64,000 nucleotides of DNA, taken from Felis catus. Taxonomy: Eukaryota. The notes under the pieces are model-generated. The model saw only the letters and a list, made by a program, of their open reading frames with translations, did not search any database and was not told where the DNA came from. Position 1 is the first letter of the stretch, and the number at the start of each line of letters is the position of its first letter. Position numbers and translations under genes: made by a program. Below are positions 37,740 through 51,215 of this stretch, in pieces. The stretch is taken from NCBI RefSeq assembly GCF_018350175.1, contig NC_058368.1:173664001-173728000 (forward strand). Reading direction: 5' to 3'.

Positions 37740-39675
37740 TACAGATAATCTAAACAGTTTCAGGGCTTTAAATATTATCTACATGTAGATGATTTCCTAA
37801 TTTGTATTGCTAGCCTAGATCATTCTCTTGCACTAAGTACTAATATATCCAGTTAGACATCTTCACTTAGATGTCTAATACAAACCTCAAACTTTACATA
37901 ACCAAAACTGAGGTACTGAACTCGCCCCACACCCAAATGTGCTCCTCCCATAGCCTTCCTTATCCCAGTTAATGACTCTTCCATTTCTAGTTACTTAGGT
38001 CAAAAATCTGAGCTATCCTTAATTTCTCCCTCTCTCACTTAATATACAATCCCTTAGAAAATCATCCATTTTACCTTCAAAATATATTCCGAATCCAATT
38101 ACTCCTCATGACTTCCTACTTCATCCTGGTCCAAGCAGTTATGCATCACTGCAAAAATCTAACTGGTCTCCTTACTCCTCCCTTCTTTTTAAAAAAATTT
38201 TTTTAATGTTTTTATTTATTTTTGAAGGAGAGAGAGACAGAGCATAAGTGGGGGAGAAACAGAGAGAGAGGGAGACACGGAATCCGAAGCAAGCTCCAGG
38301 CTCTGGGCTGTCAGCACAGAGCCCCATGTGGGGCTCAAACCCACGAACTGTGAGATCATGACCTGAGCCAAAGTCGGACGCCTAACCGACTGAGCCACCC
38401 AGGCACCCCATTACTCCTCCCTTCTCTTCCTCCAGGCTAACCTCAAGAAAACAGCTAGGGTAACCCTAATAAATCATAAATCCTGTCGTCACTACCTCTC
38501 ATGCCTCACAAATCCTCTCATGTCTACCCAACTTGCTTCAGAGTTAAAGCCAAAATCCTTACAGTAGCCTCAAGGCCATCTGTGAACTAGCCCTGCCTTC
38601 AACTCTCTGACCCTAACTCCTATGATTTTCTTTCTTCTTTTTTATTTTTTTAGAGAGAGAGCACACAAGTGGGGAGAGGGCTAGAGGGGAAGGGAGGGAA
38701 GGAAAGAGGGGAAGAGAGAGAGAGAATACCCTAAACAGACCCCCATGCTCAGCACAGTGTCTGATGCCACGAGCCTGGGATCACGACCTGAGCTGAAATC
38801 GACAGCCAGACGTTCAACTGAGCCACCTAGGCACCCCTCTCCTACTACTTTCTTCTTCCTTCTCTCAGCCACACTAGCCTCCTGGCCATTCCTGGACAAG
38901 GTCTCTTGAGGCCATGCCTTAGGACTCTTGTATGCCCTATTCCCTCTATCTGGAATCCAAATCCACATTTGTTTAGTACTTCCTCCAGATTTTCACACAA
39001 TTAACACACTCCCAGTGAGGTCATCCCTTGATAATCCTTTTTTTTTTAAATTTTTTTTTTAATGTTTATTTATTATTGAGAGACAGAGAGGCACAGAGTG
39101 TGAGCAGGGGAGGGGACAAAGAGAGGGAGAGACACAGAATCCGAAGCAGGCTCTAGGCTCTGAGCTATAAGCACAGAACCTGACTCGGGGCTCGAACTCA
39201 CAAACTGTGAGATCATGACCTGAGCCGAAGTCGGTCGCCTAACCAACTGAACCACCCAGGTGCCCCGATAATCCTATTTAAAATTAAAACCTGGGGCACC
39301 TGGGTGGTTCATTTGGTTAAGCATCAGACTCTTGATACAGGCTCAGGAGTGATCTAAAGGTTGAGATCGTGCTGTGCTGAGTGTGGAGCCTGCCTATTCT
39401 CTCCCTCTTCCTCTGCCCCCCCCCCCCATCTCAAAATAAATAAACTTAAAAAAAATTAAAATGCCCTCCTCAAAATTCCCTATTTATTTCCCTCCACAGC
39501 ATTTATAGCCACCTAACATACTATATATTTTATTTACTTTAACTCTTCTGTCTCCTCAACTAGAATGTGAGCTCCACAAGGGTAGGAATTATATTTAATT
39601 GTTGTATCCTGTGCCTAGATATTTAATCTAATTATATTTAACTGTTGTATACGTGCCTAGAACTATACTAATAAA
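37740..39675 (+). mobile_element. L2 (L2a-like) fragment interrupted by SINEs
   Basis: Contains L2 motifs (GACATCTTCACTTAGATGTCTAA, AAAATATATTCCGAATCC, CTAGAATGTGAGCTCCACAAGGG). Confidence 0.65.
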
Positions 39676-42103
39676 AGTTGATTGAGAATTTTATATACAA
39701 GGATATTCACTGTAGCATTAGTTGTATGAAACCAACCTGACTGTCCCCCAATGTTTTAAAACCCACAAAGTATAGGGGCACCTGGGTGGCTCAGTCGGTT
39801 GGGCGTCCGAATTCAGCTCAGGTCATGATGTCACACTCTGTGAGTTCGAGCCCCGCATCGGGCTCTGTGCTGACAGCTCAGAGCCTGGAGCCTGCTTCAG
39901 ATTCTGTGTCTCCCCCTCTCTCTGCCCCTCCCCTGCTCATGCTCTGTCTCAAAAATAAAGACATTAAAAAAAATTTTTTTTAAACCCACAAAGTATTAAC
40001 CTTAATAATGTTTAATATTCAAGTGCTTAATATTTGCTTTAGATATATTAACATTTAATTACTGAAATAACCCCTATGAGGTAATACAGTAAGGGCATAG
40101 ACAAGGAAACTAAGGCAGAAAGGTTAAGTTATTTGCCCAAGATCACAAAGCTAATACCTGGAGAAGCAGGATTCAAATTCAGATTGTCTTACTTCACAGC
40201 CAGTCTTCATGACAACCTACTATGCTGTGCTGACTTTCAAAATTATAATACGATCCTACCTCTATTAAGACAAAGACAGCAGACTCTCTTAACCAACGAG
40301 AATAGGTCACTTAAGGGTGGCTCAGTCGGTTAAGCGTCCAATTCAGCTCAGGTCATGATCTCACAGTTTGTGGATTCAAGCCCCACACCCAGCCCTGTGC
40401 TGACAGCTTGGAGCCTGGAACCTGCTTCAGATTCTGTGTCTCCCTCTCTCTCTGTCCCTCCCCTATTCATGCTGTTTCTATCTCTCTCAAAAAATAAACA
40501 TTAAAATTTTTTTAAGTCATTTAAAGTGGGGAATAAAAATATTCCACACATTATTTTATTTCATTTAAAACATAAAGCACACACATTCATGCAGCAATCT
40601 TTTGACAAAAGCCTACCCTTTTCTTTAGGAAATGGGTCCACTGGGGTGCCAGGATGGCTCAGTCGGTTATGCAGCCAGCTTCGGCTCAGGTCATGATCTC
40701 ATGGTTCGTGGGTTTGAGCCCCACATCCGGCTCTGTGCTGACAGCTCAGAGCCTGGAACCTGCTTCAGATTCTGTGTCTCCCTCTCTCTCTGCCCCTCCC
40801 TTGCTCGTGTTCTGTCTCTATCTCTCAAAAATAAACGTTGGAAAACAAAAAAGGGAAATGGGTCCACTGGCATTCTTTGGAGTCTTTCTAGCATAAATCA
40901 TATCCATAGACACGGATTTAATTTCTTGGAGTGCAAGAACTCCAAACACTTGCCAAGCAGAAAGGGCACAATACTGAATCTCAGTGATTTTTCCCAGTTA
41001 TCTTTATACCTGTTTTGCCCTCACCTAACTGAACAGCTGTTTTTCAGCAACTTGACCCTATAGACCTTCCCCAAAGCATTTAATTGTCAGATAAAGTTTT
41101 CAGATAAAAACTCTTGCACTGATATTTTATTGGTTTCTGTATCATATTTTTATGACAAATATAACCAGCACACAATGGTACGGAAGCAAACACAACTGTT
41201 AAGAGTACAACTCAACTGATGAAAGCAGAAATACTTGGGACATATTACAGAGAACATATTAGGAAATGGAAGCCATCTGTTCCAACTCAACAGTCAAGGG
41301 TAAGTTAGCGTATACATTAAGCATGTATATCAGTATATGGAGAAGAAAAAAGTATACAAAGACACACAACAAACTGGGAATGAGGAGGGGGAATGAGATG
41401 AGATTTAATTACCCTTTAAAACAATTTTACATTGCTGACTTGCAAAAAGTATGCAGTATTTGGGAGATTTTTTTAAAGTAAAAAACAAAAATCAATGTGA
41501 ATTGGGGAACAGTATCCCTATTTTATAGATGAGGAAAGATTTAAAAAAGTAGGAACATGCCCTACGTCACAGAACTCATTAGAAGCTAAACTGAACAGCT
41601 AGTTCAGGTTTGCCCAAGTTTCCAAGCTCATGGCTTTCCTACAATACCAAATTCCCTGGCAAAAAGTTCAAACAGCTCACTCTATGATTTTTTAAAAATA
41701 CATGAACAAAGAGCATCATATTACTCTTTTTCCTTTAGGTAATAAAGAGTCAGATGAAGCCAACGAGAGATTTTCAAAATGAATTATCAGCTTGATTCTA
41801 CAGCCCAGAGTTCAGGCTTAACTTTCTATAATTTAAAAGAACAAAGATCAACCCTACTATTCATTTAAAAGGACAGAAATTTCTTATTCCTGTACAAAAG
41901 CAGAAAAGGATAATTTCTTCTTCCACTGGCCATGCATATAGCTCCTTTAATCCCTTCTCTCTGTCCAGGTCATCTTTCTCCAGGTGTTCAAACAGCAACC
42001 TAGAAGCAGTAAACCAAGGCACTAGAGGAGTCTGTTATATTTGGAAATTTAGGGAAGTGGATTTCAATACCAGTAACCTTACCCATACCTGCATTAACTC
42101 TTA

Positions 42104-42143
<40 letters not shown>

Positions 42144-45100
42144 AATGTTTATTTTATTTTTGAGAGAGAGAGAGACACACACACACACAGAGCATGAGCA
42201 GAATCTGAAGCAGTCTCCAGGCTCCAAGCTGTCAGCACAGAGCCCGACGCTGGGCTGGAACTCACGAACCATGAGATCATGACCTGAGCCGAAGCGCTTA
42301 ACCGAACAAGCCACGCAGGTGCCCCTGCATTAACTCTTCTTAAAACCTATTCTCTTCCATTTGGAACAGCTTGAAACAAATGTGTGCTTTATTCATAGTC
42401 AATTGGCTCCAAAATAAACAGGAGAAAAGGATAACTAGAAAAATCTAAGAAAACATCAAACAGACTGAGAAGCATGATAAATACACCCGAGGGAGTTCAG
42501 TCAAAACACATGTCACAAAAAAAAGTGAAATAGAGGAAACCTAAGATTTCTAAAATATTTTACTTTTGCTAATTTCAATATATCAAATGAAACAACATAC
42601 TGAGAACTAGTTCCCAGCAGTACCACCCTTTTCTGTCCTAACTCCTATGGATATTCCAAGCACACGCTCCATACTGTTAGTGAAGCAAACCTGAAACCTA
42701 GTATTATCCCTTTCTCTAGTTGAAAAAACCTGTGATGGCTCCCTATGTATACAGATTAAAATTTAATTCTGCACAGCTTTGAAAGGCCTCCAAAATCTGG
42801 CTCTAATTCACCTTTCCAATCTTATTTTTCACTTCCAGATTTCTAAATCCATCACAGCAACACTCCACACTATTCCATCTTCATGCATTGCTCAAGCCAT
42901 TTCCTCAGCTTTGAGCATCTTTCTGCCTACCACCTGTTGAAATTCTATTCCTCCTTCAAAATTAGCAAAGTACAGTGGAAAGAGCTCAGCCTTGAAGTCC
43001 AGACCCAGACCAATTAGATTTCTAATTCCATCTCCACTATTTAATAGCTTAATGAACTTAAGCAAATACTTCAATAGATGTGTTTCCTCACCGAGGAGCA
43101 GCCATATCATCTATGGCACTTTACAAGAAATAAGCACAATAGTTATAAACTATCTCGCACCATGCCTAAGGCATAATACAAAAAATGCTTAACTACTAAG
43201 TCATCCTCCTCTCTTCTCTCCCTCCCACCTCCATCAATGTTCCTAACCTTCCCCTAATTCCCACAGCACTTTGTTTATACCATATTGCACTATGAGCACT
43301 AATATACTGCAGGATACTCATTGTTCATGTATGTGTATATATACGTATATGTATATGTGAGTGTGTATATGTGTATATATACACACACACACACACAGCT
43401 CCTCCAATAGGTTATACAAAAGGTGGTAACGGGTATGGATTTCTAAATTTCCATTTACAAAACGAATGGGGGTTAATTCCTTACAGAGTTATTAAGAGAT
43501 TTTAAAAAGTTAAGGTATGTTAAATACCTAGTATAATGCTTGGCACCTAGTTAAGTTTCAAAGAATGTTTAATGGCAATTGAATGATGAACCTGATCCAG
43601 GAACTGTTTAAGGAACACATAAATGCAAAATGCATTTGCCTTAGTAAATCCAATTTCATAAAGCAATCTTTTTTTTTTTTTTTTTAAGTAAGTTCTACAC
43701 CCAACATGGGGCTTGAACTCATGACCCTGAGATCAGGAATTGCAGGCTCTACTGACTGGGCCAGTCAGGGACCCCTCATAAAGCAATTTTAATATAGCTT
43801 TAATCTACTACTCACCTTTTACTGATTTAAATGTCCAATGAAGACAAAATGGAGGTACCTATGTACTTTACCTCAGAAATACTACCACACATTCATGTCT
43901 TGCCACTATGAGACTAAGTACATCGTGACATATAACTCAAATCACCTCATAACACTTAATCCGGGAGCTTACCCCTAAAGCGTTGTAAGGGATGAGTTAC
44001 ATGGTTACCTTCCTACCCTCTACTAGGAAGAGGAAGCTGGTTGTCTGATGTTTATTCATTCTAATTTATATTGTCCTCAATTTCTTTACTCAAATCTCCA
44101 ATCAAATGTCAACTATTTCTTTTTTTTTAGTTTTTTTTTTTAACGTTTATTTATTTTTGAGACAGAGAGAGACAGAGCATAAACAGGGGAAGAGCAGAGA
44201 GAGAGGGAGACACAGAATCTGAAACAGGCTCCAGGCTCTGAGCTGTCAGCACAGAGCCGGACGCGGGGCTCGAACTCACAGACCGTGAGATCATGACCTG
44301 AGCTGAAGTTGGACGCTTAACCGACCAAGCCACCCAGGCGCCCCAAATGTCAACTATTTCTACGATAGTAGTTTTCCATTATACACTTCCAACCCACTAC
44401 TCAATTTAAAGAAAACCCACCTCAAAATTAATTATAGTGAAATCTAATCAAAGAAATTACAAAAAAGTAATAACTTTTTTTTTTTTTAAAGACTTAATAT
44501 CACAGCATTTGCATTCCACTCTCGGCTGTACACAGGTGGTACAGCACACAAGAGATCAGAAACGGTTTTGGAAAGAGGGATCTGGCTTTAAATCTGACAC
44601 CACCACTTACTGGCTGTGTAACCGAAGTATGTTACTTCTTAAACCCCATGGCTCATCTGCGATACAGGGATTGTTAACAGCATGAATTTCACAGGGTTGT
44701 TGTCTTAAATGAGATCATGCATGCTATGCCTGTGTTTAGCACAGTACTTACAACATCATGAGTACTCAATAAATGGTATTTGAACTAGCTGTGCATAAGC
44801 ACTAAGGTTCTTGGTAAATATTGCTGAATTAATGAATGTTTAACCCATTTGCTATTCGGGAATAAGTGTACCACTAACTTTAATTCTATCCTAAATTAAA
44901 TAATGATTAATAGGAGCAATACCATTTAGCATCATTTCAGTTTACAAAGCCCTTCATATATCCATAAACTCATTTGATCTTCACAACATCCGTAGGGGGT
45001 AGACATTTTTAAAAGAAGTATTTTAGAAACAAGGAAACTGATATCCATTATAATGGTAATAAAGAGACAAGGTTACCCACCCTGGTGGGTACCCACCCAG

Positions 45101-45429
45101 ATTCTCCAGGTCAGAGACAAGTGCTTAGTGCCAAAAGTTCTTAACACGACAACCACTAAAAGGAGGCAGATTTCTGCAAATTACCACCCACCTCAAGCAC
45201 AGTCAATAACCGGAGTCCAGGAATAAGCCCAGGGTAATAAACCAAGTCAGAAGCCACCGATGACACTTACAATGTTGCATTGTTTCCTTACGTGGTGTCC
45301 TCCCACACCTTTAGGGCACGGGGGCCAGGTCTGCCCCCTCCCCCACCAGAGCGCCCAGTACAGGACCAGGCACCCAAGAGGCCATCAATAAATATTTGCA
45401 GAAATAGCATGGGATGCTGGTAGGTTTTC

Positions 45430-46360
45430 CAGAGACCCGAAACGAGGCCAACTCCTTGGTGGGGATTAAGCATCTCGGTAGGTCTAGAGTCGATGGGCGG
45501 AGAAGGTCCGACGGGTAGCCGGACTGGGAAAGATAGTTGAGGACAGGTGCCGCTAAGGGAAAACAGGGAAGCTGACCCGCTGAAGGGAGAGGAGAGGGCC
45601 GCAGCCCTGGCTGGAAGGCCGGGGACCGACAGAGGTTCGGGGCCGGGAGCAGCAGGGCAGTTGGCGTCTGGGGGGAGGGGGCCGCCGCTGGTCTGAGAAG
45701 AATCTCGGGCCCAATCTGAGGAGGTTTCTGGGCTCCTCTAGGGGCCCATTTCCCAGCCCGTGGCGGCATGTGCTGCACCGAGTACTCGCTGCTACCTGAA
45801 ACTGCAGCAGCTTCTCTGTCTGCTCCTGGGTTAGATCCCGCTCCTCAGGCGCCGCCATTTTGCCGCCGCCTCTACGCTTCTGACCCGTCCGCACCGTCAC
45901 CCGCCGGAAGTGACCTCAGTAGCAACCACGTCCGCTCTGAACGGGCCGCCGGCGCGCAACTGCGCCTGCGCCTACTGGCGCAGCGTGCGGGTACCCGTGG
46001 TGACAGTTCCTGCCGTCAGAGGGCGCCACTCTCGGGCCAATACCGAACGCTTCCGGAAATTGCCGAGGGACTGTCGGTACCAGTCGCCCTTACGATTTAG
46101 GCGGCGAACAGACCTGCCAAACGGAGACCCAAAGACTTCTGAATAGATCGCAAAGAGCCGAGAGGTACCGAGTGCTCCTCGAGAAGCTGCGGAAATTCCC
46201 GAACGCTAGTTGGCCGATTTCGCCTGCTGCTTCTTCCCACAGTCTCCAATATTCCTGAATATTTTTTTAGGAGATTGTGCCGTTCGGAAATATCGGCTGT
46301 TTGATGTCTGATTGCTTCCTTTACATTTCCAAAAGCTCCTGAACATCTCTCGGGAGATTC
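45430..46360. promoter_or_regulatory. CpG-island promoter of FAF2
   Basis: Sharp rise in GC and CpG content around exon 1. Motifs include YY1-type GCCGCCATTTTG (45851-45862, overlapping the ATG), ETS CCGGAAGTG (45904-45912), NRF1-like TGCGCCTGCGC (45961-45971) and CTTCCGGAA (46050-46058). Confidence 0.9.
45796..45858 (-). CDS. FAF2: FAF2 (UBXD8, FAS-associated factor family member 2) coding exon 1, 63 nt, phase 0
   Basis: Translates to MAAPEERDLTQEQTEKLLQFQ, which I recognise as the FAF2/UBXD8 N-terminus. The ATG is at 45858-45856 in good Kozak context (GGCAAAATGG). The exon ends at the donor CAG|GTAGCA (GT at 45795-45794) and lies in a CpG island. Confidence 0.95.
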
Positions 46361-47432
46361 CAAAAGTCTCTGAAATAGAGTGGTTGGGTATTTTCTGAAG
46401 CCGACTTGAGCTGGAAGTTGGGAAAAGCCTCAGCCACGTGAAAATTGTGGCTTCAAATTCGCTTCCTAGGATTGTTTGGATTTGGCTACCTGGGTCTTTG
46501 TTAATGGCGCTATCACCAACCAGATGGTGACTCTGCTACCTGTCTCAGGCCCACTGGCCTGTCTTCCCTGTGATGAACAGAGGGAAGATCCTGGACTGGG
46601 ATCGGGATACTTGAGCTCGGGATCTAGGGCCCACCTGGCAAAGTGCTGGACGTCCTTGGGCAAACCACCTCCCTTCTGGGCTCCATTCTGCCATTGGTGG
46701 AATGAGGTTCTCCCAAAGCCACTGACATAGCGCCTCAGCTCATTCTCCTTGGAGGCCGTCCCTCACCCTTTCCACTGTCTTATTTCTACTCTCCAATATC
46801 TGACTTCCTCTTCACTTTCCTTGCCCCTTCAAACTGCCACCTCTCTTTAGGCCTCTCTCTTTCATTTCCACCTTTTTCCTCCTGCCATCTGCCTCTGTTC
46901 ACCCTCCAGAAGGCCTCCAGAAGGCAGAGGGGTCTGGGTCTGGTGTATGCTTTTCCACAGACTACCTGTGTGCCTAGGAAGTCACTCTACCTCACTGTGG
47001 AATCCCATGCCTACACATTTCTGAGTTGATCAGGCAAGACAGGACAGGAGGTGCTTTCAAAGCTGAAGTTCTGTGAGGAGTACTTTAAGGGACAGAAGGG
47101 CTCTATCTACTTCTTTCAAACCTGTATCTTGTAGGTCTTAACCAGGTCTACACAAACTGCCTAATAATACTTTGGAATTTTTCTTAGACCTTTAGGGTAA
47201 ATTTGGGAACAGACAGATGTGACTTGACATCAACCCAAAGCTCAAAGGAGACCTGGTATTATTCAACATCTCCTATAATGTTGGATCCAGCCAGACCAGA
47301 TGAGGGATTGTAAAATCATACACTCTCCAGAGTTGTTGCGAAATTCTGACTTAAAATATAGTCCTTCAACAGACAAACTTTGTAGTTATATTAAACACGA
47401 TTGAATGTTCTTCACTTCTTTAAAAAAAAAAA

Positions 47433-47434
<2 letters not shown>

Positions 47435-47485
<51 letters not shown>

Positions 47486-47491
47486 TATACA
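47435..47491. repeat. (AT)n microsatellite
   Basis: Long AT run with CA interruptions. Confidence 0.9.
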
Positions 47492-48170
47492 TACATTTCT
47501 TGATCTACCTTTCTGTTTTCTTTGAATTAAGACATGGTTACAAGAAATGTTTTACTTTTTTTTTTAACTCCACCAGTAAGAATTTGCCTCAGTGTAGGGA
47601 ATACAATATGGCAAGCTGGAGAGTCCATTCCCTGTCCTAAGGTGGTTTCTGCTTTTTAGTTGTAGCTGATGGTTTCCATGTAAGGCCAGTATTACTAGAA
47701 CTTGCCATTTCTTTTTATAGGTAATACCTTTATTTTATTTTTTTAGGTAAGCGCTACACCCAACTAGGTAGGGGCTTGAACTCATGACCATGAGAACTAG
47801 AGTCACATGCTCTAATTATTGAGCCTGTCTGTCCCCCAAGAGCTTACCATTTTTAAAAGAGCACCTACAAATTTGGAGCTGCATATGAAATCTCCCCATT
47901 TTAAAAAGGTAATAACTTACTCAGATTTTAAGAAAACTACCATGTCAACTATAATTGCAAGCCACATTCCAGCCTATGAACTGCCATTCTGCCCCTCTGA
48001 CCTAGATAGAATCCTGATGGTCTCTGTTTGCCATGGGAGAACGTGGCCTTGGAAGAAACCTAAGATTTTTTTGATAAGTTCAAGGGGAAAAGTATGGAAA
48101 GTGTAATTAATTAATGGCTTGTCCTCTCCTTTAAGAACAGTTTTTCCCCCTGAACTTTATTCTTTTAGAG

Positions 48171-48428
48171 CAGTGCTGTCCAATCAAAATATAATGTGAG
48201 CCACATGTGTAATTTGAAATACTTTATTAGCCATATTTAACACAAGTGAAATTATTTTTAGTAATGTATTTAAGCCAGTACATGCAAAATATTCTTTCTT
48301 TTTTTTGTATTAAGTCTGCAAAATCTGATGTGTATTTTACACTAACCCCACATCTCTATTTGCACTAGTCACATTTCAAGTATTCAGTTGCCACATGTGG
48401 ATAGTGACTACTGTATTGGATAGTGAAG
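48171..48428. mobile_element. MER33/MER3-like hAT-Charlie element
   Basis: Starts CAGTGCTGTCCAAT and ends GTATTGGATAGTGAAG. The 8-bp TSD TTTTAGA(G/A) is at 48163-48170 and 48429-48436. Confidence 0.8.
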
Positions 48429-50844
48429 TTTTAGAACATTCTAAAGATCTTTTTAATAGATTTATTAATTATATTAGTCTACAGATTTTTAGGAATTCAC
48501 CCAACAAATATTTATTGAGTGCTTATTCTGAGCCAGACTCTGGACTGGATGCTACAATGATAAAGAGGGCGTGGCTGCTGCCCTCTAAGAACACACAGTT
48601 TATTGGTAAAGTAAACAAATTTCATCACTCTTGGGAAGGATGTGTGTGTGTAGGCATGTGTGTGTGTGTGTATGGGTGTGATAGGTCTTTGAATCCCAGT
48701 TCTATGCCTATAACATACTAGGATTTGTGACTGAGAGCTATTTTAGAGAATTTAATGAATATATTTGTTTCTCTAATACTAATAATAGGGTTTTGTTTAT
48801 GCCTTACGATTTTGTTCCTGATAAAGGACAAAATCTGTCCTGCCAAGTCATGGAAATCCTAGAACAAGCCTTCAATTTCTGAGTGCCTGGAACATAACAT
48901 ATTTTCTATCAGTTGGGGACACAGCATCTTGATTGCTGAGTAAAGCAGACCATTGATGTCAGCAACAGTTTTTTGTTTGTTTGGCCTCCTGCCCCACCAA
49001 ATTAATGAGAAAGGTAAAACCTGCTCCCAGGCTTCTACTAGGAGTATTTGGACTGACAAAACAAATCAGGCTTGGAGGCAAAGTTTTGGCTTACATAAGT
49101 CACCAAGCACATCTCATGCTCTTCAGGGAGGCCTGAGTACAAACTGATGCCACCATTAACTTGTGACTTTGGCAAGTTAACCTCCCTAAACCTCAGTTTG
49201 CTTATCTCTCAGCTGTAAACAAATAGTACTTACCTCATCAGGTCATGGCAAGGATTAATTCAAAGGGGACATGTAAAGTCTATGACCTAATCATATCTAC
49301 CTTGCATACTTAACAAGAGGATGGGATGGAATAATGGATTAAGAAAAGGCTTTGCCAAGGCACCCAAGTGGCTTAGTCACTTAAGCATCTGTCCCTTGAT
49401 ATCACCTCTGGTCATGATCTTGGGGTCATGAGTTCAACCTCCATGTTGGGCTCCACTTTGGGTGTAAAGCCTACAAAATAAATTAATAAAAAATTTAAAA
49501 AATAAAGAAAGGCTTTTATCAACGCTGAAGTTCTTTGCAGAAGTTAGCACTGTAGATTGATTCAACATGTGTTTGTTACTGTCTTACAGTTGTTAGTTCT
49601 TGGGATGACCTGACATCAGTAATCTCCTAGTCTAGCAAGAAATTAACTGCAATATCAAGTAGAAAGTGACAGAGACCCAAAAGTATGTAGTTGGTGGTAG
49701 ACTGCATCAATGACATAGGTCCCCATCTTATCTCTCACCTGGGTCACTGTAATTACCTAGTAACTGGTCTCCTTGATTTTACTCTTATCCCTCTCCAATT
49801 CAGTCTCATCACAGTTGCCAGAAAATCTTTTTAAAAAACTAAATCAGATCCTAACATTACCCAACTCAAAACCTGCTATTGGCTTCCCACTGTCCTTGGA
49901 ATGGAATCTACTCCTTAATGTAGCCTACAAGGCCCTACCCAACTGGCCCCTACTGGTTCTCTGACCTCATTACTGGGAACTCATTACTTTCAAACCTCCA
50001 CTTCATTATTCTCATTTATACCTCAGGGACTTTGCATTTGCAGTGCCCTCTGCCTGGAACACTCTCCTTGGGTCCTTATGTGGCTGGCCCCTTTTGACAT
50101 TTAGATCTCAGTACATGTGTGCTATATCCTCAATGAAGACCTAAACATGTTTTCTTCAAATCACTTATCACTAGATGCTGTTTTCTTGTTTACCTGTTTA
50201 TTTTTGTATTTCCCTACTCTGCGTTCCATGAGGATAACAGAGGCCAAGTTGGCTTCAGCCACCCATCAGTCCTCAGTGATGAGAACTGTGCTGGGCACGA
50301 AGTACAGGGTCTGTAAATATTTGGCCCAGGCCACATCCTTAGAGTAGGGCCTAATGGACTGGGGTGGGGGTGGGAGGTTTATGAGAGTAAAGCCATGGAA
50401 ACTAAATGGGAAATTAAGCTACCGCCTGTAGGATATAGAGGGATGATCTTTAATTAGAGCATCTCAAATCAAAAGATAGGACCACATCAGTTTTGGGTGA
50501 TGGGGGAAAAGAGTGCTGATGACAGGTGATCTTTAAAGCAGAGATATTTTATTGCTCATTTTAAAGCCCCATGCCCATAAAAAATTACATGATTTGTGAA
50601 CTGCGAATGAGTTCAAACAACACCTCAGTTGGCAGAATGGGAAAGGGAGGAAAAGCAGGACACCTATTTACAGATGGTTTAAATAACCCAGATGCATTTA
50701 AATTGTCCCCACAATCTTAGGCTCTGATTCAGAAAGGAGGAGCATGTTTCTCAGAGGACAGAGTGTGGGTTCCACTGAACCGGGTGCTGCAGTTACCATC
50801 TGGACACCTTGGGGTCCTGATGGCTGTGACCTAGAGATGGTGGA

Positions 50845-51215
50845 GCTACCATACTGGCCAGGTAATGCCTCTGATTACAATGAGGGGCCAGTGTTGCTGT
50901 TACACACAATGGAGTCAGGAGGAGTATGGCCAGTGCCCAGGGGATTCACTAGGACATCTCATGGTAGGTACTTCCATACCCAGTGATACTAGAAAGTAAG
51001 CAATTGTAACAGCTACAACTTGACAAGGGAAAGGCACCTAAAGGCTCAGACCCTTCAGAAATGAAAGTCTGGGTTAGTCCACGGGAGAGCAATCCGGCCA
51101 GCTGAAGTATAAGCCAAGAGTGAGGGAATCTAGAATGAGCAATGGAGGAAAAAGATGCTATGATTATCACTTACAGGCTTGAGACCAGCTGCAGCTTCAG
51201 AGAACTGTAGCTTAT
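50845..51215 (+). mobile_element. ERVL/MaLR internal-region remnant (3' end of pol-like region)
   Basis: GGCTCAGACCCTTCAGAAATGAAAGTCTGGGT and GGGAATCTAGAATG...GACCAGCTGCAG resemble ERVL-int. There is no open frame. Confidence 0.6.

Larger units (their letters stand above)
1..45795 (-). other. FAF2: FAF2 intron 1 (partial; continues beyond the left window edge)
   Basis: Starts at the exon-1 GT donor. By eye I found no sequence encoding the expected next peptide (DLTGIESMDQCRHTLEQHNWNIE). The region is dominated by repeats. Confidence 0.75.

Noticed and set aside
45553..45900. 115-aa ORF extending FAF2 exon 1 at both ends
   Set aside because: The C-terminal part is read-through into intron 1. 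The 14-codon N-terminal extension needs a GTG start in weak context that may lie upstream of the TSS.
46348..46357. TCTCGGGAGA resembling the BANP/ZBTB33 motif TCTCGCGAGA
   Set aside because: The mismatch falls in the CGCG core, so it is not supportable.
45311..46363. ORFs of 78-155 aa on both strands around the promoter
   Set aside because: Stop-poor frames are expected in a GC-rich CpG island, and none resembles a known protein.
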